DNA of 64,000 bases from an uncultured virus (IMG/VR IMGVR_UViG_3300042691_023467). Its lineage: Duplodnaviria > Heunggongvirae > Uroviricota > Caudoviricetes. Under the pieces are notes generated by a model. The model was given only the letters and a program-made list of their open reading frames with translations. It did no database searches and was not told the DNA's origin. Each line of letters starts with the position of its first letter. Position 1 is the first letter of the stretch. The position numbers and the translations under genes are program-made. This document shows positions 27,444-37,746 of this stretch, one piece after another. The stretch lies in the IMG/VR virus record IMGVR_UViG_3300042691_023467. One strand, 5' to 3'.

Positions 27444-29242
27444 TGAAAAAAATATTTTTTGATTCGGTAGAAATTAAAAACTTTTTATCGGTAGGTAAAA
27501 ACAAGTTAAAATTAAATTTTAACTCTGGTATATCTTTGATAACAGGAGAAAATAAAGATAACAATGGAAAAAATGGAGTCGGTAAAAGCACAATAACCGA
27601 TGCTATATATTGGTGTTTATTTGGTAATACCATAAGAGAGTTAAAAAAAGATAAAATAATACACAATAAAAGTAAAAATGATTGTGAAGTTGTTCTGACA
27701 TTCAAAATAGAGCATAAAAATGAAACCAAAAATTATGTTCTTAAAAGAACTTTAGAACCATCTAAAGTATCTTTGGTTTGTGATGAAGAAGATATAACCC
27801 CATCTACAATACCTTTAACAGATGAATTGATAAAAACTTTAATAGGAGGAAACGAAGAAGTTTTTCAAAACTCAGTCATAATGTCAGCTAATAATACGCT
27901 TCCGTTTATGGCTCAGAAAAAAGTGGATAAAAGAAAATTCATAGAAGGTATTTTACAACTTAATATATTCAGCGAAATGTTATTAAAAATACGTTCGGAA
28001 TATAATGATTATAAAAAAGAAAATGATTTATTAAGTAATGACTTCGTAAACCAACAAAAAAACTTAGAACTTTTTGAACAACAAAAAGTTAATTTTGAAG
28101 AAATAAAAAATAATAAAATAAAATCTATAAACGATAAAATAGAAATTAATAAAAATGAAATAGAAAAAAATAAACTTTCTATATCTGAAAGTACAGATGA
28201 ATTAAAACAAAAAATTAAAGATTTAAACGAAAAGAATAAAATTATATCTGACGCGTTTAAAAAGATTCAAATCGAATCAAATCAAATCATTTCAAACAAA
28301 GCAGAAATTTCATCTGAAATAAACCAATCAAAAAAGGAAAAACAAAAATTTATAGAAAAAGGTAATTCATGTCCTGTTTGTAATAGAGAATACTGCAAAG
28401 ATGATATAGACACTATACAGACAAAAATAAACGAGTTAGACGTTTTAATAGAAGAAAAAACAAAACAATTTAATATACTTCTAGATAAGGAAAAACAATT
28501 AAAAGAAAAAGCATCTGGAATCGAAACTGGATTAGAAAAAATAAAAAATAAAAATTTATTATATACAAATCAAATACAAAAAAATATTTTAACCGAACAA
28601 AAAATAGAAAACTTAATAGAAAAGAATAAAGAATATAATGATGACGTATTAAAAATTAAAAATGAAAAATATGATTATGATAAAAACATAGTAGAGTGTA
28701 ATAAAAAAATTGAAAATCTGAACGAAAAACTTTTAGGAACTAAAAAACATTTACAAGTTCTTGATTCTTGTAAATTTATAGTATCAGAAGATGGAGTAAA
28801 AACATTTATTATTAATAAAATACTGAAAATCTTGAATGAAAGATTAAATTTTTATTTAAAAACTTTTGATGCTCCATGTAAGTGTGAATTCAATGATGTT
28901 TTTGAAGAAATAATTTACAACGATCAAGGAAAAGAATGTTCATATTTTAATTTCAGCGGGGGTGAAAGAAAAAGAATAGATGTTGCTATACTATTCACTT
29001 TCCAAGATGTTTTAAGATTGCATTCTGGAATATCATATTCTTTGAATATATATGATGAATTATTCGATTCCGCTTTGGATGACTTGGGAGTTGATAAAAT
29101 ATTGAATATTTTAAAATTAAAAGTGGAAAAGTATCAAGAATCAGTGTATATTATATCTCATAAGACTAGTACAAAATCAAATATTGATAATGTTATTCTC
29201 TTAGAAAAAGAAAACGGAGAAACTAAACTTGTTAATTCGTAA
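27443..29242 (+). CDS. gp46: Recombination ATPase subunit (gp46; Rad50/SbcC-like)
   Basis: KNFLSVG, Walker A NGVGKST, coiled coil with CPVC zinc hook, signature FSGGE, Walker B IYDE, ISH. Confidence 0.95.
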   Translation: MKKIFFDSVEIKNFLSVGKNKLKLNFNSGISLITGENKDNNGKNGVGKSTITDAIYWCLFGNTIRELKKDKIIHNKSKNDCEVVLTFKIEHKNETKNYVLKRTLEPSKVSLVCDEEDITPSTIPLTDELIKTLIGGNEEVFQNSVIMSANNTLPFMAQKKVDKRKFIEGILQLNIFSEMLLKIRSEYNDYKKENDLLSNDFVNQQKNLELFEQQKVNFEEIKNNKIKSINDKIEINKNEIEKNKLSISESTDELKQKIKDLNEKNKIISDAFKKIQIESNQIISNKAEISSEINQSKKEKQKFIEKGNSCPVCNREYCKDDIDTIQTKINELDVLIEEKTKQFNILLDKEKQLKEKASGIETGLEKIKNKNLLYTNQIQKNILTEQKIENLIEKNKEYNDDVLKIKNEKYDYDKNIVECNKKIENLNEKLLGTKKHLQVLDSCKFIVSEDGVKTFIINKILKILNERLNFYLKTFDAPCKCEFNDVFEEIIYNDQGKECSYFNFSGGERKRIDVAILFTFQDVLRLHSGISYSLNIYDELFDSALDDLGVDKILNILKLKVEKYQESVYIISHKTSTKSNIDNVILLEKENGETKLVNS

Positions 29243-29265
29243 AACTAAACTAAATTTTATATATT

Positions 29266-30564
29266 ATGGCTTTAAAAATCAAAGAAGAAAATAAAAGTAA
29301 GATTATCTATAAGTATAATCCAATATACATGGGAATCCCAATGCTCCCACAAGGCGCACCTCTTGGTCTTCCGGTTTATACCTTGGTATCTCTAATACCT
29401 ATTAGCATACCGGATGCTCCTCCAGTAGAAATGCCGGAATCAAAACTTCCAAGAGCATTAAATTATTATGCAGATTATGGTGGTTGTGGATTCTGGAGAA
29501 TGATTTGGCCTGAATATCTTTTGAACAGTTATCAAAAAGCTTGTATATCGGGATTAACTTGCATGGTATTAGATCCTAGATTTTATCAAGGAATAAAAGC
29601 TATAAGACTTCAAAGACAAGCTACACCAGCACAAAAAGATTTTGTTTTACAACTTAAACAGCTAGGAAAAGAATTAGGATTTAGACTTATATATGAAGTT
29701 GATGATATCGTATTTAAAGATGATATTCCAGACTATAATAGATGCAAAGATCCGTTCTGCGACAAAGCTATTACCGAAAGTATAGTAGAAATAATGCAAT
29801 CTGTAGATGAAATTACAGTAACATGTAATTACATGAAAGAATATTATAAACAAAAAATTGGAACTGATAGAGTAACAGTTATTCCAAACTATGCTCCTAA
29901 GTTCTGGTTAGACAGATTTTATGATCCAGACCGGATTGAGAAACTGTATCAAAAACACAAAAAGCGTCCTAGAATTTTATATTCTGGATCTGGAACTCAT
30001 ATTGACGTTTTAAATAAAACAGGTCTAAATGATGACTTTAAACATGTTACAGATTGGATAATTAAAGCCCGTAAAAAGTTCCACTTTGTATGGAAGGGAT
30101 GCTATCCATTAGTTCTCAAACCATATATTGATAACGGAGACATGGAATATGTAGAATGGTCATCTCTTATAGATTATCCACAAGGATTAGTAGATACTAA
30201 TTGCAATGCTGTTTTTGCTTCGCTGCAAGACAATGTATTTAATAGATCCAAGAGTAATATTAAAATGGTTGAATCAGGTGCGTTAGGTATGCCCGGAGCA
30301 TTCCAAGATATGTGTACTTACGAGGACGCAGATGTTAAATTCACGTCTGGAGACGATTTAATTCAAAAGTTGGAATACATAACTTCAGATTTTGATCGTT
30401 ACATGAAACTATCCAAAAAATCTAGAACCTTTGTAGAAGGTCTTTGGTTAGAGGATCATATTAATGAATATGAAGCTGTATACTTTACAGAATGGGGTTC
30501 CAAAGAAAGAAAAGAAAAAGCACCAAATCTAGTAAAGAACAATCCAGAACAAGATATTTCTTGA
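29266..30564 (+). CDS. Glycosyltransferase, GT-B fold (GT4-like)
   Basis: GGCGFWRM.WP, LQRQ, YEVDD, DEITVT, VIPN, ILYSGS.TH, FNRSKSNIKMVE.GALG.P. Confidence 0.85.
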   Translation: MALKIKEENKSKIIYKYNPIYMGIPMLPQGAPLGLPVYTLVSLIPISIPDAPPVEMPESKLPRALNYYADYGGCGFWRMIWPEYLLNSYQKACISGLTCMVLDPRFYQGIKAIRLQRQATPAQKDFVLQLKQLGKELGFRLIYEVDDIVFKDDIPDYNRCKDPFCDKAITESIVEIMQSVDEITVTCNYMKEYYKQKIGTDRVTVIPNYAPKFWLDRFYDPDRIEKLYQKHKKRPRILYSGSGTHIDVLNKTGLNDDFKHVTDWIIKARKKFHFVWKGCYPLVLKPYIDNGDMEYVEWSSLIDYPQGLVDTNCNAVFASLQDNVFNRSKSNIKMVESGALGMPGAFQDMCTYEDADVKFTSGDDLIQKLEYITSDFDRYMKLSKKSRTFVEGLWLEDHINEYEAVYFTEWGSKERKEKAPNLVKNNPEQDIS

Positions 30565-30589
30565 TTTTAAAATTAAAAAAGATTAATGT
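30561..30589 (+). promoter_or_regulatory. sigma70-like promoter for DNA polymerase
   Basis: TTGATT-N17-TAATGT, 8 nt before ATG 30598. Confidence 0.45.
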
Positions 30590-30597
30590 AATGGTTA

Positions 30598-33192
30598 ATG
30601 TATAGGAATATCTATTACGATTACAAGAAGAGTATAATTCATCTTTGGACTTGGAGTGAGGACGGCGAAAGAGTAAAAATCGAAGTCGATTTCGAACCGT
30701 TCCTATATGTAGAAGATAAGAATATACAAGATGCTACTTCTATTTTTGGTACAAATCTTAAGAAGATGTCTTTTATTAATAATTTTAGAAGACGAGATTT
30801 TGTTAAAAATACTCAAAACAAAAGAATATTTTTTAATCTAAATCCAGATCAACAATTTTTATTAACTACTTTCAAAGATGCTTCATTATTAGAAAATTTT
30901 TCTAAAAATCCATTAAGAATTTACTTTCTGGATATAGAAACTTATAAACAAAATGAATTAGATGCTTTTAGTACGGCAGAAGAAGCAAAAGACATGATAA
31001 ACGTAATAACCGTTTATGATTCTTTATTTAAAAAATATTATGTATGGGGTCTTAAACCATACTCAACACTTCAAGAAGATGTTACTTATGTAAAGTGCGC
31101 TTCTGAAAAAGAATTATTATCTTTATTCTTAAAATTTTGGAAAAAGAATACACCTGATATCGTATCGGGGTGGAACTTTCATGGTTACGATTTACCATAT
31201 ATCATGAATCGTCTTACTATTTTATTTGATGAAGATAAAAACAAAAAAATGTCTCCAATCGAAAGAGTGGAATATAGAGAAGGGGTATCCGTAAATAAAT
31301 TAGGTCAAAAGAAAAACCAATGGTTTTTACATGGTGTTAGCTGTTTAGATTATATGGATATATACAAGACTTTTTCTATGGGAGAAAGAGAATCTTATAG
31401 TTTAGGGTATATCGGCGAATATGAACTTGAAGAATCCAAATTAAATTATAATGCATCATCACTAACAAAATTAGCTGATACAGATTGGACTACGTTTGTT
31501 GATTATAACATTCAAGACGTTAGACTTTTAGTTAAATTAGATGATAAATTAAAATACATGGATTTAATAAGAAACTTGTCTTATAAAGGATTTATTCCGT
31601 TTGAAAAATCTTTAGGTAAAGTTTCTATGATTACTGGCGCAGTAGCTCACCAAGCATTACTGCAAAATTTAATAATTCCGACATTTACATACGAGAATAT
31701 AAAACAAAAATTTGAGGGTGGATATGTTTTACAACCAAAACCTAACCTATATGAAGATGTTGTTACGTATGACGCTAATAGTCTTTATCCAAATACTATC
31801 ATAACATTAAACATTTCTCCGGAAACAAAAGTTGGAAAGTTATTGGATGTAAAAGACGGTAAGTTCATCATAAAAACTATCCAAAACAAAGAAATTTCTT
31901 TAACTAAAGAACAGTTTTTAAATCTTATAAGAGAAGAAAAATTATCAATAACAAAAGCTAATGTTTTATATACTCAAAAATTTAAAGGCGTCGTTCCAAA
32001 TTTAATTGATAAAATTTATACGCAAAGAGTAGAAGCTAAAAATAAAATGCTTGATGCTAAGAAAAAAGCGGCAAAGTGTAAAAACGAAGACGAAAAAAGG
32101 AGATTACTTACTATTGCAAATGATAATGACTCATTATCTAATGTATATAAAACTTTGATTAATTCTATCTATGGAGTTTTTTCACAACAATATTCTCCGT
32201 TTTTTGATATCGACCATGCTAAAAGCGTAACACTAACTGGACAATCTGTAGTTAAAAAGGGATCGCAATTATTTCATCAATATCTAGTTAATAAATGTGA
32301 TTATAAAGGATCTTATGAAGATGTAGTTAAATACATTGATACGGACAGTGCGTTTCTTTCGTTTAAAGATTTTTTTAATTTCAAAGGCATTAAACTAAAA
32401 GATGAAAACGGATTAACAGAAGATGCTAATACGTTTATTTCAGATCTTGGAAAATATGTAAATGAAGAAATAAACGAGTGGGCTAAAAAAGATTTAAATT
32501 CTTTAGATCCTAGATATCATTTCAAGAGAGAAAAGATATGCGATGTTGCATTACTACAAGCCAAAAAGTTTTACATATTACACGTTTTAGATAACGAAGG
32601 AGTTAAAACTGATAAATTCTTATATAAAGGAATAGAAATAGTTAAAGCCGCGTTATCTAAAGAAGTTAAAGAATTAACTAAAAACGTTATAGAATCGGCT
32701 ATACTTGCTAAAGATAGAAAAAAAGCATCTGATCTTTTCCATAAAGGATATGAAAATTTTTGTAAACTTCCTATAGAAGCAATATCAGTTAGAAAAAATG
32801 CTAAAAGTTACTCTAAATGGTATGATTTATTTAATGATAATAAATTTGGTAAAGGAACACCAAACCATTATCAAGGAGCTTTATTCTATAATAAATTACT
32901 TGAAGACTATCAACTAAAACATCTATATCCAGAGATAGGAAATGGAACAAAGATAAAATATTTTTACGCTCAAAAAAATAAATTCAATATTAAAACTATG
33001 GCGTTTATAGATGAATATCCAAAAGAATTTGAAAATTCTCTGAAAATAGATTATAAGTTAATGTTTGAGAAAAACGTATTACCAGTAATAAGCAGAATTT
33101 TTTATATTATCGGATGGCCATTACCAGCAATTGGTTGTGAACAAGTAACAGATATAATTAGTTTGTTTTCTGGCGACAAAAATAATCTTTAA
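30598..33192 (+). CDS. gp43: Family B DNA polymerase (T4 gp43-like)
   Basis: Exonuclease DIET, GWN..GYDLPY, YNIQDV; polymerase DANSLYP, KTLINSIYG, YIDTDS, KKFY, KGIE; C-terminal DIISLF clamp-binding-like motif. Confidence 0.97.
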   Translation: MYRNIYYDYKKSIIHLWTWSEDGERVKIEVDFEPFLYVEDKNIQDATSIFGTNLKKMSFINNFRRRDFVKNTQNKRIFFNLNPDQQFLLTTFKDASLLENFSKNPLRIYFLDIETYKQNELDAFSTAEEAKDMINVITVYDSLFKKYYVWGLKPYSTLQEDVTYVKCASEKELLSLFLKFWKKNTPDIVSGWNFHGYDLPYIMNRLTILFDEDKNKKMSPIERVEYREGVSVNKLGQKKNQWFLHGVSCLDYMDIYKTFSMGERESYSLGYIGEYELEESKLNYNASSLTKLADTDWTTFVDYNIQDVRLLVKLDDKLKYMDLIRNLSYKGFIPFEKSLGKVSMITGAVAHQALLQNLIIPTFTYENIKQKFEGGYVLQPKPNLYEDVVTYDANSLYPNTIITLNISPETKVGKLLDVKDGKFIIKTIQNKEISLTKEQFLNLIREEKLSITKANVLYTQKFKGVVPNLIDKIYTQRVEAKNKMLDAKKKAAKCKNEDEKRRLLTIANDNDSLSNVYKTLINSIYGVFSQQYSPFFDIDHAKSVTLTGQSVVKKGSQLFHQYLVNKCDYKGSYEDVVKYIDTDSAFLSFKDFFNFKGIKLKDENGLTEDANTFISDLGKYVNEEINEWAKKDLNSLDPRYHFKREKICDVALLQAKKFYILHVLDNEGVKTDKFLYKGIEIVKAALSKEVKELTKNVIESAILAKDRKKASDLFHKGYENFCKLPIEAISVRKNAKSYSKWYDLFNDNKFGKGTPNHYQGALFYNKLLEDYQLKHLYPEIGNGTKIKYFYAQKNKFNIKTMAFIDEYPKEFENSLKIDYKLMFEKNVLPVISRIFYIIGWPLPAIGCEQVTDIISLFSGDKNNL

Positions 33193-33451
33193 AACTTTCT
33201 TGCATTGCTAATTGTTTTCTTAAATTAGAAAACATAGTTTTAATATCTTCATCTGAAGCTGGAATTTCTTTTCGTTCTGGTTTTTTAATAGAAGAAATTT
33301 CTTTATTAATATCGTTTATTTTTGAATTAAAAAAGTTTTCCAATTCTTCTTCTGACATATCTTTAAATAATTCAGAATCAATAGATATTGGAAATGTTTT
33401 ATGTCTATATTCGTTTGTATACGGATGATATATAAATTCTTTTTTACTCAT
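33158..33451 (-). CDS. Hypothetical protein
   Basis: 97-aa ORF convergent on the polymerase; TAAATA 5 nt upstream (33457-33462). Confidence 0.55.
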   Translation of the reverse strand: MSKKEFIYHPYTNEYRHKTFPISIDSELFKDMSEEELENFFNSKINDINKEISSIKKPERKEIPASDEDIKTMFSNLRKQLAMQESFKDYFCRQKTN

Positions 33452-33467
33452 TTTTATATTTATCCTA

Positions 33468-33496
33468 TTGATTTTTTATTCAAACAATATTAATAT
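33468..33496 (+). promoter_or_regulatory. sigma70-like promoter
   Basis: TTGATT-N17-TAATAT, 7 nt before ATG 33504. Confidence 0.55.
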
Positions 33497-33503
33497 ATTA
33501 ACG

Positions 33504-33893
33504 ATGAATACATCAAACACAAAACTAACGGTCTTCCTTGATTATTTAGGAAGAAGCATTATCGGTGAACTAACAGAATCCACAGATTCCGCTCTTAAAG
33601 TAAAGAATCCAGTAATTCTTCACGTACCTCCAGCACCAGACAATTCTGGTAGAATGTCTGTTCAGCTTTATCCTCTATTTTTTAGAGAATTTTTAGCTGA
33701 TAAAACTGAAGATGTAGTTTTTACTTTTCTAAAAGATAAAGTCGTCGAAACCTCAATCGAAGCTATCGACTATAGACTTCAAGCACAGTACGCTCAAATG
33801 TTCAACAAGAACAATGAATTTGTCGCTGGAGGACAACCCCAACAAGCGCCACAACAATCATCCAATGACGTGATTAAGTTGTTTGATGAGTAA
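33504..33893 (+). CDS. Conserved-type small protein between polymerase and uvsX (Sm-like barrel)
   Basis: G.SIIGEL.E.....LKVKNPV pattern seen in small T4-like phage proteins; codon usage suggests high expression. Confidence 0.6.
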   Translation: MNTSNTKLTVFLDYLGRSIIGELTESTDSALKVKNPVILHVPPAPDNSGRMSVQLYPLFFREFLADKTEDVVFTFLKDKVVETSIEAIDYRLQAQYAQMFNKNNEFVAGGQPQQAPQQSSNDVIKLFDE

Positions 33894-33916
33894 GAGTTGA
33901 AACATAGGAAAAAAAG

Positions 33917-33952
33917 AAACCCCGAAAAGCTTTTGACTTTTCGGGGTTTTTT
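33917..33952 (+). terminator. Intrinsic terminator, possibly bidirectional
   Basis: 13-bp perfect stem AAACCCCGAAAAG/CTTTTCGGGGTTT, 7-nt loop, T-tract after and A-tract before. Confidence 0.85.
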
Positions 33953-33960
33953 ATTATACT
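33933..33960 (+). promoter_or_regulatory. sigma70-like promoter for uvsX embedded in the terminator
   Basis: TTGACT-N16-TATACT, 9 nt before ATG 33970. Confidence 0.6.
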
Positions 33961-33969
33961 AATAAGAGT

Positions 33970-35076
33970 ATGGCTAAAACAAAAAAAGAAACAGATAACA
34001 ACCAAGTTGATATTGGACAAATTGATGATGCATTCAAAGTATTAGATGATCTAAATCCAGATGCTGCGTTCTTGGATGAAAATACTCTATCTACAGTTAA
34101 CGAATGGATCGATACAGGTTGCATGGCATTGAATGCTATTATTTCTGGATCACTATATGGTGGTGTACCGATGGGTAGAATAACAGGGTTTGCTGGCCCT
34201 CAAGCTTGCGGAAAAACTTTAATGGTTAATAAGATTATGGCTAACGCGCAAAGGAAAGGTATGCACGTAGTTTACTTTGATACTGAAAACGCTCTAGACC
34301 GTGATACAGCAAAAAACTTAGGATGTGATCCATCAAAGATTAAACATTGCCCAACTGAAATTATAGAAGATTGCAGAAATCAAATTGTAAAATTTTTAAA
34401 AACAGTAATTGAAAAGGGCTTGCAAGGAAAAGTTATGCTTGCGATTGATTCTCTTGGTAATTTAATCTCAGCTAGAGAAGCTAAAATTATTGAAGATGGA
34501 AAAGATTCAGCTGATATGGGTGCTAGAGCAGTATCACTTAAAAGTATGTTAAGAGCTATCACTCACGTATCGGCAAAAGCAAATTGTCCTATTATCTTTA
34601 CAAATCACATTTATGATAATCCGGGGGCGATGTATCCAACATTAGTTAAAAACCAATCTGGAGGTTCTGGTCCTCTTTATATGTCATCTGTATTAGTTCA
34701 GATGTCAACTAAACAAGAGAGAGTTGGAAAGTCGGATAACAAAAACGCATCAGACGAATCAACTCCGATTTCAAAAGATGTAAACGGATTAACAATGAGA
34801 GCATTGACCACAAAGAATAGATTCGTTCCTCCGTTCTTGGAATGTGAAATGTATTTAAATTTTAAAAATGGTCTTTCAAAATATTCTGGTCTTTTGGAAA
34901 TGGCAGAAGGATATGGTATTATCGAAAAGCAAGGGCATCGATATGCTATTGAAGGAGAAGTACTTGGTTTTTATAAAGAGTGGAGAGACGATGATGCGGC
35001 GTGGAGTAAAATATTACCTAAATTAGAAATTAAATTAAAAGAAAAACTTACATTTAAAAGTGAAGCATCGGAATAA
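33970..35076 (+). CDS. uvsX: RecA-like recombinase UvsX
   Basis: IDTG..ALN.IISG...GG.P.GRIT.FAGPQACGKT, FDTENA, IDSLGNL, DMGARA, TNH.Y, SGGSG, KNRF.PPF. Confidence 0.95.
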   Translation: MAKTKKETDNNQVDIGQIDDAFKVLDDLNPDAAFLDENTLSTVNEWIDTGCMALNAIISGSLYGGVPMGRITGFAGPQACGKTLMVNKIMANAQRKGMHVVYFDTENALDRDTAKNLGCDPSKIKHCPTEIIEDCRNQIVKFLKTVIEKGLQGKVMLAIDSLGNLISAREAKIIEDGKDSADMGARAVSLKSMLRAITHVSAKANCPIIFTNHIYDNPGAMYPTLVKNQSGGSGPLYMSSVLVQMSTKQERVGKSDNKNASDESTPISKDVNGLTMRALTTKNRFVPPFLECEMYLNFKNGLSKYSGLLEMAEGYGIIEKQGHRYAIEGEVLGFYKEWRDDDAAWSKILPKLEIKLKEKLTFKSEASE

Positions 35077-35078
35077 TA

Positions 35079-36503
35079 ATGAGTGAACAATTACCATTAG
35101 ATTTCGAGGTTTTCGAAAAAATCATGATCTATAATGCTCTTATGGATCATGATTATTTGGAAACTATTTTGGAACATACAAAGTCTTCTTTTTTTAAAGA
35201 TCAAAACATTAAAAAAATTTTTGATGTATTAAAAAAGTATTACTTAGAACATAATACTGCTCCTAACATAACAGAACTAAAAGCACACTTAATAACTTCA
35301 GAGGATAAACAATCCCTTAAAGAATTGGTGTTGTCTTTTTCTAATCTAGATAAAAATTATAACAAAGATATTTTGTTGAAAAATTCTGAAAGGTTCTTAA
35401 AAGAAAAATCAGTTTTAGATGTTTTTAATAAAACTTCACTAGATGTTCAAACTGGAAAAATAGATACATCAAAGATTTTAAATAAATTTGAAAACGCTTG
35501 TAGTATTTCTCTAATAGAAAACATTGGATTCGATTATTTAGAATCAGTAGATCAGCATTGCGAAGATCTTAAAAAAGTATTTAAAACAATCTCTACTGGT
35601 TGGAAATGGTTAGATAATAGAATTGGTGGAGGATTCATGCAAGAAGGAAAAGCATTGTATGTTTTCTTTGGTGTTACTAACGTAGGAAAATCCATATTCT
35701 TAGGTAATATGGCGACAAACATATTAAATCAAGGGAAAACAGTAGTTCTAATTTCTCTTGAAATGTCTGAACAAGTATACGCTAAAAGAATTTCTTCTCA
35801 ATTAACTCAAATACCATTTGATGGGTTAACAAATAATTTAGTTAAATTAAAAGATTCTTTGAACGAATATAAAACTAAACAAAAAGATGCTAAATTAATA
35901 ATTAAAGAGTTTCCGCCAAAGGGAGTAACGGTATTAAACATTAAGACATATATTAATAAATTAGTAAAAAAAGGAATAAAACCAGATGCTATTATTTTAG
36001 ATTATATAAATCTTTTAGCTCCTACGGAAAGCGGATCAAATTCATATGAATCTATAAAACAAATAACAGAAAATTTGAGAGCGTTGTCATATACATTTGA
36101 ATGTCCAGTGATTTCAGCTACTCAGGCTACAAGAAGTGCTGTTAACTCCGGAGAATTAGATTTAGATAAGACTAGTGAATCCATGGGGCTTTCTCACACC
36201 GTAGATGCTCAATTTTCAATATGGACAGAAGAAGGAGATGCGGACTTAGGTATTATACATATGGGTATTGTTAAAAACAGATTTGGTCCTAGAAAACATA
36301 CAACCATATTGAATATTGATTACCCAACATTAACTCTATCAGAAAGCGAAGAAGTGGATTTGGAAAATCCAAGACCAAAAGCTAAAAATCCTAATAACAT
36401 AGCTGATAAACTAGAATCTGATTTTGATGACGATCATTCAACATCCAGTTTAGATGTTTTGAATACTCTAGAAAAATTAGATTTATTGAATGAATCCCAA
36501 TGA
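35079..36503 (+). CDS. gp41: Replicative DnaB-like helicase (gp41)
   Basis: ISTGW, GVTNVGKS, ISLEMSE, IKEFP, ILDYINL, SATQ.TR, SESMGL..TVD, KNRFG. Confidence 0.95.
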   Translation: MSEQLPLDFEVFEKIMIYNALMDHDYLETILEHTKSSFFKDQNIKKIFDVLKKYYLEHNTAPNITELKAHLITSEDKQSLKELVLSFSNLDKNYNKDILLKNSERFLKEKSVLDVFNKTSLDVQTGKIDTSKILNKFENACSISLIENIGFDYLESVDQHCEDLKKVFKTISTGWKWLDNRIGGGFMQEGKALYVFFGVTNVGKSIFLGNMATNILNQGKTVVLISLEMSEQVYAKRISSQLTQIPFDGLTNNLVKLKDSLNEYKTKQKDAKLIIKEFPPKGVTVLNIKTYINKLVKKGIKPDAIILDYINLLAPTESGSNSYESIKQITENLRALSYTFECPVISATQATRSAVNSGELDLDKTSESMGLSHTVDAQFSIWTEEGDADLGIIHMGIVKNRFGPRKHTTILNIDYPTLTLSESEEVDLENPRPKAKNPNNIADKLESDFDDDHSTSSLDVLNTLEKLDLLNESQ

Positions 36504-37423
36504 CTTTTGATAATATAGATGTAAATAATTTGATGCATGACAAAGCGTATCATATTTTTACACACAAAGATTTAGATGGAGCAATAAGCCTACTAACTTT
36601 TTTATGGTCTAGACCAGATGCTGTTATTTCATATGAAGAAATAACAAATTTGGAAATAGATAAAATTAAAAATTATGTTAATAGAACTATCAATCCACCA
36701 AACGTTGTATTATTGGATTTGCCATTAAGAGAAGAGTTTTTACCCGATTTAGATCAATCGTTTATAACGATAATAGATCACCACGAAAGATCAACTTCTT
36801 TAGTTGATAAATTTAAAAACTCAAAAATCTTACATAAAGAATTCACTTCTAATTGTTTGTTACTTAGGAAATTATTTCAAGAAAAATTTCCAAATTTAAC
36901 TGATGCTCAAAAAAAATTAATATTATACGGTGACGATTATGATTGTTTTAAATTAGAATTTAAAGAGTCATATGACTTAAATATATTATTTTGGAATTTA
37001 TATAGAAATAATTTTCAAGGTTTTATAAAAAAATATAAAAATGGATTTGTACCATTTTCAGATAAAGAAAAAAAAGAAATAAATGAAGTTAAGATAAAAG
37101 CAAAAAACTATGGAGAATCTTTAAAAAAATTTAAATCTAAAATTAAAATAAATTTGGAATCAAGAGAAATAGTAGCGGTAATGTCTGATAAAACAGACAT
37201 CCTTGCAATGGACTATTTAATAGATAAATACAAACCAGATTTATTTATGTACATAAATACAAAAACAGAAAAAATAACATTTAGACAAAAAAAGTCAGAC
37301 TCACCTTTTGACTTAAAAGAATTTGTCGAAAAATATTGCGAAGGGTCTGGAAATAAATTTTCCGCAGTTGGAAAAATAACTCCACTCTTTTTGGAATTGA
37401 CTAAAAATTTTGAGGAGCTATGA
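36500..37423 (+). CDS. DHH-family phosphoesterase
   Basis: THKDLDG, LLDL, IIDHHE, DDYD; degenerate DHHA1 tail EGSGNKFSAVG. Confidence 0.8.
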   Translation: MTFDNIDVNNLMHDKAYHIFTHKDLDGAISLLTFLWSRPDAVISYEEITNLEIDKIKNYVNRTINPPNVVLLDLPLREEFLPDLDQSFITIIDHHERSTSLVDKFKNSKILHKEFTSNCLLLRKLFQEKFPNLTDAQKKLILYGDDYDCFKLEFKESYDLNILFWNLYRNNFQGFIKKYKNGFVPFSDKEKKEINEVKIKAKNYGESLKKFKSKIKINLESREIVAVMSDKTDILAMDYLIDKYKPDLFMYINTKTEKITFRQKKSDSPFDLKEFVEKYCEGSGNKFSAVGKITPLFLELTKNFEEL

Positions 37424-37746
37424 TTATCACATCAACACAACAATTGGAGGAATTATATAATCCATCCGAAGCATTAAATATAGAAGAATTTGAAAGTTTG
37501 ACTTTAAAAATAGGATCATTTATTTGTATCTCTAAAAGAAAAAAATTAAACTTTTTAAACTTATTAAAACTAATAATAGACGATAAAAAAACACAAAAAA
37601 TTTATTGTTCTATATTAGGAGAAGAAAATCTTCATGTTATAATAAGAGCTTACTTGGGTTCTACTCCAAATGTTTATAAAAAAATATTCAGATCTAAATT
37701 AAACAAAAATGGAAGAAATAACCGAGTCGAGCAAAAGGATATATAA
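37420..37746 (+). CDS. Hypothetical protein
   Basis: ATGA-coupled 108-aa ORF in the replication operon. Confidence 0.6.
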   Translation: MIITSTQQLEELYNPSEALNIEEFESLTLKIGSFICISKRKKLNFLNLLKLIIDDKKTQKIYCSILGEENLHVIIRAYLGSTPNVYKKIFRSKLNKNGRNNRVEQKDI

